Part shown: piece after piece, positions 50,434 to 61,600 of the stretch | Numbering within the stretch: position 1 is the first letter of the stretch | Layout: every line of letters starts with the position of its first letter | NCBI GenBank assembly: GCA_020137815.1 | Contig: CM035354.1 | Location: forward strand, 5,208,001 to 5,272,000 | Direction: 5' to 3' | DNA: 64,000 bases | Source of the DNA: Hormiphora californensis | Taxonomy: Eukaryota; Animalia; Ctenophora | Notes under the pieces: model-generated | Told to the model about the DNA's origin: nothing | Database searches by the model: none | What the model saw: the letters and a program-made list of their open reading frames with translations, nothing else | Program-made: the position numbers and the translations under genes

Positions 50434-51478
50434 GTACAATCATCGACAAGCTGAACAAGTGGGAACAGGACTGGCTCCTTCGTTTCAATGTGAATGATGG
50501 GAAATGCAAGGTGTTGCACATTGGTAAAGACAACCCGAAAAACGCGTACTTCATGAATGGTTGCCAACTACCGGAAGTAAGTGCTGAGAAGGACTTAGGA
50601 GTACTTACCAGCTCAGACCTGAACTGGACAACATGTATCGAGAAGGCAGTATCCAAGGCAAAATCAGTCATTTCCTGGATCACCAGAAGTCTCATTTGCC
50701 GGAACAAATTTGTTATGCTGAATGTCTACAGGACTCTAGTAAGACCTCATATTGAATATGCTGTCCAAGTATGGAACCCACCTGCAGCCCACGGATACTG
50801 GAAGCTAATTATGAAGATCGAGGATGTACAGCGTTCTTTCACACGGCTAATTGACGGGATTGGATTACTTCCCTACAGCGAAAGACTGAGAATTCTTCAA
50901 CTCACCACACTACTTGAGCGTCGCATGAGAGGTGATCTCATTGAGACGTTCAAGATAACATCTGGCAAAGTGGACTACGGAAAAGATCTATTCAGAGTTT
51001 CACGCAGTGGTACAAAGATTCTGAAGGACGGGCGTGGGGACGGAGTTCTATCCAATCGAGTAGCAAACTACTGGAATAAGATTCCAGCTAATGTGAAGGA
51101 AGCAAGCAGTGTGGATGCTTTCAAATCACGCCTGGAGCAGTACAAGGCTAGTACAATTGCGAGTGGAGCACCGTCTCTGGGGCATTTCTGGGAGCTGAGC
51201 GAAATCCTGATTGCAAAAATTAATAATAATTGTAATCATGATTCGTATGCTAAGTATATGTCTGCTAATCCGTCGCTAGCTAAATTAAAGGGAATTAACA
51301 CCAACATGTTTTAGAGAACCGAACTGTTTTAATGGTCAATGTATGTGCCTGATGCACATTTCAATGTATATTTTTAATTACTATTGTGGGAAATGGAAGT
51401 GAGTTTTGACGTAATTTGCGTAGAGTGAATTTCGAGTTGGCCGTGTGGCCAAAATCTTTATTATTATTATTATTATTA
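50434..51478 (+). mobile_element. 5'-truncated CR1-type LINE (RT C-terminus, 3' UTR, (TTA)n tail)
   Basis: WLLRFNV..KCKVLHIG, EKDLGV, YRTLVRPHIEYAVQVWNP, LERRMRGDLIETFKI, RVANYWNKIP; (tta)n at about 51458-51478. Confidence 0.9.
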
Positions 51479-51852
51479 TATGCTAATTAGTCGAGGTATG
51501 CTAATTGGACTTGTTTCCTGGAGATTTGGTAATTATCAAGTGTGAGAATTACACGTTGCTCCTCCCATTTCATTGGTTGTGTGATTGTGTCATTAACTTC
51601 TACCACGGCTCGTCCTGTGTTGATCACTTTTTATCTTTTTGTACTCCATAATTTATATTACTAATTTTGTACTCCGTAATTTCTATTACTCATGACATTG
51701 TCCCAGCGGCTGGGACCCAGCCGGATTCAAATCATATTTAGTTCGTTCCCAAATTCTTCTCATAGGAAGATGTCGGGCAAAAGAATTTCAGTGCGTGGGA
51801 TATTGCGTGGGATATTGAGTTTCCTATGAAAATAAGAGCATAAAATAGTGAC

Positions 51853-52655
51853 GGGGGGTGCGACATGTTAATTTTGTTAACTTTGTTAATATTAACATCG
51901 AGAAAACAGGTGATTTATTAACAAAATTAACAAAAAGTTAACAAACGTTAACAAATGCCATTTATGCCATCTAAATCCCCTTTAGCACGTATTTTTAGTA
52001 TTTAACACTTGTTCTGCGAGCAAAGTTGTTCATTCTGTACGATTTACATACCCCTATTACCTCTACTACGGCTTTTCTACAGCGATTTATTCCATTTTGT
52101 AAATGTTAATAAATACTAGCCAAACTAAACCGCAATTGAAGTCAAATGACACTAATCCACATTTTCGCGCCCTAAAAACTAAACAAGACTCATGAATTTA
52201 CCTTAAAACAAAAATATCCCAAAAATCAATTTTTCTAAAAAAACACAAGGATTTGTAGCGAAGCAAATTTTCAATCCTTGACCAAAAAATTGATTTTGGG
52301 AAAATTTTATTTCTTTTTTCAACAGAAACGTGTACATCATCTTATTACGTCCAAAGAATCGATTACCAATTTAAAAATTACGTTAAAGTGAGATTTTATA
52401 CGCTAAATTGAAATATTTGTAACATTTGGAATTTTGTCGATTTTGAGCCAAAAAACCTGTATGTCCGACTTTGGTTATCGGAAAAGGCCTTGTATGTGTA
52501 AGATAATTCATTAAACTATAAAATTAAACCAGTTAAAGTCGTATTATCAGCCAATATTGTTAATTTGTTAATTTTGTTAATTTTGTTAATTAACGTTAAT
52601 TAACAAAATCGAAAAAAAGAGGTGATTTATTAACAATTAACATGTCGTCCCCCCC
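51853..52655. mobile_element. MITE with G-run termini and 8-bp TSD (Merlin/MULE-like) between the divergent STOML2 and GALNS genes
   Basis: GGGGGGTGCGACATGTTAA...TTAACATGTCGTCCCCCCC; TSD atagtgac at 51845-51852 and 52656-52663; ttgttaa repeats in the arms. Confidence 0.82.
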
Positions 52656-52870
52656 ATAGTGACCTTAAAAGTTGCATTTCTTGCTGCACCGTCTGTTGAT
52701 AACAAAATCACGTGGCTTGGTAAGGGTTGAATTTCAAACTTGCAGTTATCGATAAAATCAATGTGTACGTAGCTTCTACTTTCTTGCTGCTTGTTTTTTC
52801 GGATTTTTGTTTTATAACTGTTTCTTTTTCTTCTGTTTCCCAATCTCATATACCTACCATAACAGACAAC

Positions 52871-55800
52871 ATGAAACTAAATCAACTGGTGGCTGCAGTT
52901 GTGCTGCTCTGTGGTACAATATCAGCTGCAGTAGTGGCGGACAAGAAACCACCGAACATCATCATAATGCTCATGGATGATATGGGTTGGGGTGATATCG
53001 GGGTAAACGGTACGTTGCTAGAGGGTTGCTATGGGTTGGGGTGATATCGGGGTAAACGGTACGTTGTTAGGGGGGTTGCTATGGTTGGTTACTGCACTGG
53101 TTGCTATGGTATTTGAATTTTGATAATCTTCTCAGTCCCCCAACCCCCCGAACACAAGCCTAAACGGTTACTCTCAATTCAGGTTGTTGGGCGAAAGAGA
53201 CTCCGCACATTGACCAAATGGCAGCGGATGGGATGTTATTCATGGATTTCTACACAGCTAACCCTCTCTGTTCCCCCTCGCGGGCTGCTCTCATGTCAGG
53301 GAGGCTGCCTATCAGGAATGGGTTTTACTCAACCAATGCTCACGCTAGGAACGCTTACACACCGCAGGTATTGCTAGAGAGATATTTTGTGAAGAGTTTT
53401 CAAACTGGCTACTTTTATCATATGACTATAACATGACTTTAACACCACGGCCCGGTTCAGAAAGTGCAGTCTTTTGTGAGACAAGGCCATAGATGCCAAC
53501 ACAAGAGCAGTAATGAAAGTAACCCAAGAAACCACAACCGTCACACCCTCAGGTCATGGTGGGAGGTATCCACGAGTATGAACAACTACTACCAGAGCTG
53601 TTGAAAGATGCTGGTTACAAGAGTAAGATAATCGGAAAGTGGCATCTTGGGCACAGGTACATTTCCCTCTCACAGTGTTATAAAGATACAGACAGTGGTA
53701 CCAAGTTTTGAGAAACAGTGTATGTTAACATTTCCCTCCTCCACCTACCAGGGACCAGTACCTACCGCTACGTCACGGATTTGACGAGTTTTTCGGAAGC
53801 GGAAACTGTCATTTTGGTCCTTACAACGATGTCAATCAGCCGAACATTCCTGTTTACAAGAATGATAAAATGGTGGGACGGTATTATACTAACTTCACTA
53901 TTGTCAAGGGAACCGGACAGTCCAACATCTCTCAGATATTCCTGGAGGAGGGTCTAAGCTTTATAGAGAGTCAGGTAAGGTCTTGTTTTATTCGGGCTCG
54001 AAGAGATAGGGTCGAGCAAGGAGTCCTAGAACTTTTTGATAACAGCGGCTTCGTTTGAGCACATTCAACAAAGTTTCACCATGTGTCAAGCGGTTTCTCA
54101 CATGTTCAGGTTAAAGCTGAAACCCCGTTCTTCCTCTACTGGACCCCAGATGCCACCCACGGACCTACCTACGCCAGCCCCATGTTCCACGGGAAGAGTA
54201 TCAGGGGAAGGTAGGTGTAGAAAATAGAAATGGAGAACTTGAAAGTGTTCGGATTCTGGGAACAAAGAGAAAAGAGCCACTAACCAGCGACCTGGTACAG
54301 ATCACATCTTTCTCTCCTCTCAAACCTCCAATCACACCACACTCTTTCTCTCTCTCTACTACCCCTCTCCACAGGTACGGTGATGCAGTGATGGAGATGG
54401 ATTACTGTGTAGGACGGATTCTGGACACCCTCAGACAGCTGCAGGTTGACCAGGACACCTTTGTATTCTTCACCTCGGACAACGGGGCAGCGACCTACAG
54501 GTTCTAAACAGGGAAACAGGGATAATAAACAGAGTAGCATGTAGCTTGCAGAGAGTAAACAGGGTAGCTTGCAGAAAAAGTAAACAGAGCGAATGAGAGT
54601 TGGATCCTGGGGGATAAGTAGGGAAGTGTTATTGGGAGGGGGGTTGCCATGGTGACAACGGGGCAGCAAATTACAGGTAGAAAGAATTAGTTGCAGAGCG
54701 AGTGAAAGGAGAGAGTAGTACAAGGCCATTAGCAGGGGAAGTGTTTTCCCAGCAAACACCCATCTCCACTAGTCAAGATTGGAGAAGTCCAGTGGTAAAT
54801 GATCCTCACATTCCTTTCCAGTAAGATACAAGGTGGAGATAACGGTCCCTTCTTGTGTGGTAAAGAGACAACCTACGAGGGCGGTATGAGGGAACCGGGT
54901 GTGGCCTGGTGGCCCGGTACCATCAAACCTGGTATATATATCGGGAACCATGTCCCTGAATACCTCAAATCAAAGACAATCCCCGTTTGATATATTCCGG
55001 ATTGTACACTTTTTTCTATTTCGCTAAATTATGAATACTTAAGGGTACACCTGGCGTTTTTCATCATCGAGTGCCCAACCAAATGACTTCACCAGGGTTT
55101 AGGCCATACAAAATGGACCTCAAATATGCAATTTTAGCCCTAAAGTCGAATTCATATTTTTGCTACAGCCTATTTTCAAAGTGGCGTTTTTTCAATTTTT
55201 GGTGGAATTTTTAACCTCAGGACCACTTTTTTTGAGATAGAAACATTAAATTCTTGGAATTTGAAGAGAATATAAAGGTAAATAAGCCCAAAGAAGGATT
55301 TTTGAAATGGAGCTAATTTATGGCCATGAGAACGGTTTACTTTTTTGCTTCTTTGACACGCTGGCTGAGAATGTTCCCATGCTTCATTAGAGATGAAAAT
55401 CGGGAAATAGTTGCTCAAAACGATTATCTATGTGGCCCAAAAATTTTGGAACTTTCCCGTCAAAGATGTGGTGTACAGAGCTTGTTTTGTGAAACCCATC
55501 TTTTTGAAAAAGAGGGAAATTCCCTGTATCTCAAAAACGGATGATCGTAGAGACCTGCGACCAAGCTTAATCGATTCAGAAGGTCCGATTTTGGGGGGGT
55601 CTTCTGAGAGACATTTTGCTCCTACTCCAACCGTTTTTGCTGTAATTGCGAAAAAGCTATCAGCAAGTAAGGGGGAAATCAGCCCGAAGTAGGCTACTGG
55701 AATTTAGTTGTTCCCCCTTTTCATAGAATTGGTTTTTTGCAAGTACAGCAAAAACGGTTGGAGTAGGAGCAAAATGTCTCTCAGAAGACCCCCCCAAAAT

Positions 55801-58144
55801 CGGACCTTCTGAATCGATTAAGCTTGGTCGCAGGTCTCTACGATCATCCGTTTTTGAGATACAGGGAATCTCCCTCTTTTTCAAAAAGATGGGTTTCACA
55901 AAACAAGCTCTGTACACCACATCTTTGGTGGGAAAGTTCCAAAATTTTTGGGCCACATAGATAATCGTTTTGAGCAACTATTTCCAGATTTTCATCTCTA
56001 ATGAAGCATGGGAACATTCTCAGCCAGCGTGTCAAAGAAGCAAAAAAGTAAACCGTTCTCATGGCCATAAATTAGCTCCATTTCAAAAATCCTTCTTTGG
56101 GCTTATTTACCTTTATATTCTCTTCAAATTCCAAGAATTTAATGTTTCTATCTCAAAAAAAGTGGTCCTGAGGTTAAAAATTCCACCAAAAATTGAAAAA
56201 ACGCCACTTTGAAAATAGGCTGTAGCAAAAATATGAATTCAACTTTAGGGCTAAAATTGCATATTTGAGGTCCATTTTGTATGGCCTAAACCCTGGTGAA
56301 GTCATTTGGTTGGGCACTCGATGATGAAAAACGCCAGGTGTACCCTTAACTCCCCTTGCAGGTCAAATCACACACCAGCTAGGTACAATAATGGATCTCT
56401 TTACGACCAGTCTGAGTATAGCGGGTATCAAACCACCCTCCGATAGGATTATAGATGGTATTGATCTGACACCGACCCTTATTGCTGGGAACATACAGGA
56501 CCGACCCGTCTGGTACTATCGAGGTACGTTATTCAGCCTCCCCGGGGGTCTTCCCCATACACCGCCTCACTCAACCAAAACATGGAAAAATAGCTCTTCA
56601 ATCCTCATTACCCCACTATTGTACCTCCCCATGATATACCTCTCTCCCAGGAGATGAGATGATGGCAGTGAGGGTTGGAGCCTACAAAGCACACTACTGG
56701 CTGTGGACGGAGTTCAAGGGGAAGAAACAACCAGAAACATACTTCTCCTTCTGTCAAGGACAACTTGTCCCCAACGTTACCGTGCATGATCAGGTTCGGA
56801 GAAAGACATACTGAGTTTTAATAGTTTTTATACTTATAGATCTGGGGCGAAATGATACTCTCCTTACAAAACTTCCCTTACTTACAGTAACAACATCAAA
56901 CACTCATCCCCCCTCCCTCACTAGATGAACCACACAGCAGACCCAGTTGTGTTTAATATCAACAGAGATCCTGGTGAGAAGTACCCTCTTGGAAAACACA
57001 GTGCAGAGTACAGGGCCGCTATGAAGGTAAGACGGCGAAGGATTGGGGAACCTAGAGTAGGCCTAGTAGTAGAGTCGATAACTACATCGACCTCTCCCAA
57101 TTGTTCCAGTTTTTGTCACATCTGTTTGGAGCCTCGACACGACCTCTAAACAGGTGTTACTTTTTCACAAACTGTTTTCATCTTGGTGTAATCAGCAGTT
57201 GAAATGTTGCTAATCATAACAAAAACCTGACTAAATTTTTTCAACTTGGGGTAAAACCATGGGTGTCAAAAGTTAGCTCTAAGTCCCCTGAGTAACCATC
57301 CGGAGACTCTAAGAGATATTTCAAGCCGTTCTCCTGTAATCATTAATCCCGGTAGAGCACATATTTGAGTATGGACGTACGTGCAATTGCCTACAACCTC
57401 AACTTTAATGTATAACGTTAATGTGCGTCTCTCTCTTTTCTCCCCCTTGAGAAAGAGTTATCTCGCGCGGCTCAACCGCACGTGCGGTTTTTCCAGAGAG
57501 AGTGAGAGACATACAATAACATGTAAACAGCCTGCCAGCGCTCACGTACGTCCGCATTGTATTTTTTTCTCCACCGGGATTAATGATTACGGGAGAACGG
57601 CTTGAAATATCTCTTAGAGTCTCCGGATGGTTACTCAGGGGACCTAGAGCTAACTTTTGACACCCATGGTTTTACCCCAAGTTGAAAAAATTTAGTCAGG
57701 TTTTTGTTATGATTAGCAACATTTCAACTGCTGATTACACCAAGATGAAAACAGTTTGTGAAAAAGTAACACCTGTTTAGAGGTCGTGTCGAGGCTCCAA
57801 ACAGATGTGACAAAAACTGGAACAATTGGGAGAGGTCGATGTAGTTATCGACTCTACTATAGAGTTATAGTTCTATATTCTCCCGTGATGCACTACCTTC
57901 TAAAACCACCTGCCTCCCGCCCCCTGTAAACACTCCCTAACCCACACTATGATAACACCACACCTTCCACCAGGTGATATCCCCGATAGTAGCGGAGCAC
58001 AAAGCGACACTGATAAAGGGTGAACCCTCCCTAAACTATTGTGATAATGCGGTTATGAACTGGGCTCCAGCAGGATGTGGAGAGCTGGGATATTGTCTGC
58101 CCATACCAGCCAGCAAACCGAAACTATGTTACTGGGATCACTAG
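52871..58144 (+). CDS. GALNS: N-acetylgalactosamine-6-sulfatase (about 11 exons: 52871-53009, 53183-53367, 53553-53657, 53752-53974, 54109-54209, 54375-54500, 54822-54931, 56362-56523, 56651-56793, 56925-57026, 57974-58144)
   Basis: Signal peptide, [39 protein letters not shown] (formylglycine motif), [33 protein letters not shown]-terminal [10 protein letters not shown]...KLCYWDH*. Confidence 0.93.
55043..56345. mobile_element. Kolobok-like foldback element (TTAA TSD) in a GALNS intron
   Basis: TTAA-GGGTACACCTGGCG...CGCCAGGTGTACCC-TTAA; arms about 600 bp, nearly identical. Confidence 0.9.
57069..57857. mobile_element. Foldback MITE (TA TSD) in a GALNS intron
   Basis: TA-GTAGAGTCGATAACTACATCGACC...GGTCGATGTAGTTATCGACTCTAC-TA; arms about 290 bp. 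Confidence 0.9.
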
Positions 58145-58698
58145 AGAGAATGGGGGATAGCATTAAATAGTGAATTATAAATGATTAATATTGTTTCTTC
58201 GTTTATAAACAGTTGTTTACATTTTGTTCTTTTTCACAAGATCACCCAAATAAACCCCTCCCCCGAACACATACCTACAGTTGACAGAACTCCCCGCACC
58301 CTCCAGAGCCAGCTAAATCATGTGTTTAGGGGCAAGCCATCATATCTACACGGTTGTCTCACAAAAGACTGCCCTCTCCGAACCGGGTCGACAGTCATGT
58401 AGTCAGACATCTACACGGGTCATGCCTACTGCAGGGAGAGCAAGGGGTAAACACATACACACATTGTGTTACTACACATTCAACAGAGATAAACACACGA
58501 ATAAAGGGTTATAACGAATAAACGAAATTTAATGAACATGTAATTAATTACACATGATATACTGTTTCTCACATAAAATACAGGGTGTCTGTGTGTGTTA
58601 ACTCTCTTCAACGCATATTATATTGTCCGATAGGTAGTGCAATGTTAGAATTGAAGCAGCCCAATGTACCTTAGTATCTCAATATCCACTCTCCCCTC

Positions 58699-61600
58699 TC
58701 ACTTGGCCGTTCCGTTAATTTTAGGTGTGTCCAAGGAGTTGTTGATTTGTCCAGGTTTCTTGAGAACTAATTTAACACCGCCCCTTTTTATACAGTTGTC
58801 ACACGCCCACTCAGCGTCAACCTGGTGAGAATTGGGATAAGTTCAGACACAGAGGTAGGTATCACATCTGTATTGATACAACAACCCAAAAAGAGAGCAC
58901 TGTATGACACAGATCCCAACCTCTACCTACCTCTGTGGTTAGGAGTTTATAAGCATCCACTGTCATGCCAGTACAGGTCCTGTGATACCATAGATCACAC
59001 CCACTTTCACAGTAAATACCATCATCGTCATCCCCCACTTCCTCATCACAGATACCACATGGGTAATCAGAGCTCGCCTTGTGACCCTGATGGGCGGTCA
59101 GGTGAGGACAGACTGTTGACATCAGACAGGACAGACAAACTGACAGGCACACATGCGAGGTTAGATACAAAACTCCCAGAACGCGCGCGCAAAATTGCTG
59201 TTGAAATGACTAAGCCAGTTTGTCTCTACAGATCTGGGGCATTCGGCTGCTAGTCGTGTTAGATGTTTTCGCGCGCCCTTCCCCTATATCAGGGTGTGAA
59301 CTGCATGTCGTGTTTGCTAGTCGCGAGCGCGCTTGCGAGACAAGTAAACACGTCAAGGTTCATTAACAAGCATGCTGCTCAGTCATTTTAGATTTAATAC
59401 ACAATGTAAGGATACCATGTAATAGGTGAGACTCTTGCCGTCACCCTCGTTCAAGTCCCGTGAAAAACGGAGCAGTACACGCAAACTGATGCCCATTTTC
59501 CTCGCGTGACCCCGATTCAGCAGTTTGAGACACCAACTCTTTAGGGGGCCATATCTCAGGAACCAGACAAGATAGGAAAAATCGCCGTCTAATGAGGCGT
59601 ACAGTTTTTAATCTAGTTTACCACTGTACCGGCCGTTTCACTCTCCGACCTAAAACAAAAATCGCAACCCCACAAAACTTCAAAATAATGAAATTCGCAT
59701 CTCGCATGTCGTGTTGCATGTCGTGTCATGTTATTGACGCGCTCGCGTTCAACTCTCACACAGCAGCTGCAGAACATGGCGGGAAACATCGAGGAGTAGA
59801 GAGAGGGTCGGTGCCGAATCAAATATTTCTTGATCTTGATCTACTCCATCTCTCAGCTATCCTACCCCTCATCAACTCGATCTCTCAGCTACCCTACCCC
59901 TCATCTACTCCATCTTTCAGCTACCCTACCCCTCATCTACTCCATCTTTCAGCTACCCTACCCCTTATCTAGTCCATCTCTCAGCTACCCTACTCCTCAT
60001 CTACTCCATCTCTCAGCTTCCCTATTAGGGAAGCATAGAGATGGAAACGATTAGGGGTAGGGAATCCCTATCCATAATCGTTTCCATCTATATGCTTCCC
60101 TAGCCCTCATCAACTCCATCTTTCAGCTACCCTACCCCTAATCTAGTCCATCTCTCCGCTACCCTACTCCTCATCTACTCCATCTCTCAGCTACCCTACC
60201 TCCCATTTACTCCATCTCTCAGCTACCCTACCTCCCATTTACTCCATCTCTCAGCTTCCCTACCTCCCATTTACTCCATCTCTCAGCTTACCTACCTCCC
60301 ATTTACTCCATATCTCAGCTTCCCTAACTGCCATTTACTCCATCTTTCAGATACCCTACCTCCCATTTACTCTATCTCTCAGCTTACCTACCTCCCATTT
60401 ACTCCATCTCTCAGCTTCCCTACCTCCCATTTACTCCATCTCTCAGCTTCCCTACCTCCCATTTACTCCATCTCTCAGCTACCCAACCTCCCATTCACTC
60501 CATCTATCAGCTACCCTACCTCCCATTTACTCCATCTCTCAGCTTCCCTACCTCCCATTTACTCCATCTCTTAGCTTACCTACCTCCCATTTACTCCATA
60601 TCTCAGCTTCCCTACCTCCCATTTACTCCATCTCTCAGATACCCTACCTCCCATTTACTCCATCTCTCAGCTTACCTACCTTCCATTTACTCCATCTCTC
60701 AGCTTCCCTACCTCCCATTTACTCTATCCCTCAGCTACCCTACCACCCATTTGATCCATCTCTCAGCTTCCCTACCTCCCATTTACTCCATTTCTCAGCT
60801 TCCCTACCTCTCATTTACTTACTCCATCTCTCAGCTACCCTACCTCTCATTTAGTACTCCATCTCTCAGCTACCCTACCTCCCATTTACTCCATCTCTCA
60901 GCTTCCCTACCTCCCATTTACTCCATCTCTCAGCTTCCCTACCTCCCATTTACTCCATCTCTCAGCTACCTTACCTTCCATTTACTCCATCTCTCAGCTT
61001 CCCTTCCTCCCATTTCCTCCATCTCTCAGCTACCCTACCTCCCATTTACTCCATCTCTCAGCTTCCCTACCTCCCATTTACTCCATCTCTCAGCTTCCCT
61101 ACCTCTCATTTACTCCATCTCTCAGCTTCCCTACCTCCCATTTACTCCATCTCTCAGCTACCCAACCTCCCATTCACTCCATCTCTCAGCTTCCCTACCT
61201 CCCATTTACTCCATCTCTCAGGGGTAGGAATGTTAGGATAAATGAGAGATGGAGTAAATGGGAGGTAGGGAAGCTGAGAGATGGAGTAAATGGGAGGTAG
61301 GGAAGCTGAGAGATGGAGTAAATGGGAGGTACGGAAGGTAAGCGATGGAGTAAATGGGAGGAAGGGAAGCTGAAAGATGGAGTAAATGGGAGGTAGGGAA
61401 GCTGAGACATGGAGTAAATGGGAGGTAGGGTAGCTGAGAGATTGAGTAAATGGGAGGTAGGGAAGCTGAGAGATGGAGTAAATGGGAGGTAGGGAAGGTA
61501 AGCGATGGAGTAAATGGGAGGAAGGGAAGCTGAAAGATGGAGTAAATGGGAGGTAGGGAAGCTGAGAGATGGAGTAAATGGGAGGTAGGGTAGCTGAGAG

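Noticed and set aside
55176-56212. Mirror-image ORF pairs in the GALNS intron
   Set aside because: Artefacts of the inverted arms of the foldback element; no transposase motifs
59206-59242. Alternative Pygopus first exon (MPQICRDKL)
   Set aside because: It would need a weak non-canonical GC donor; the 63404-63369 exon has a GT donor, the correct phase and an NLS-like sequence
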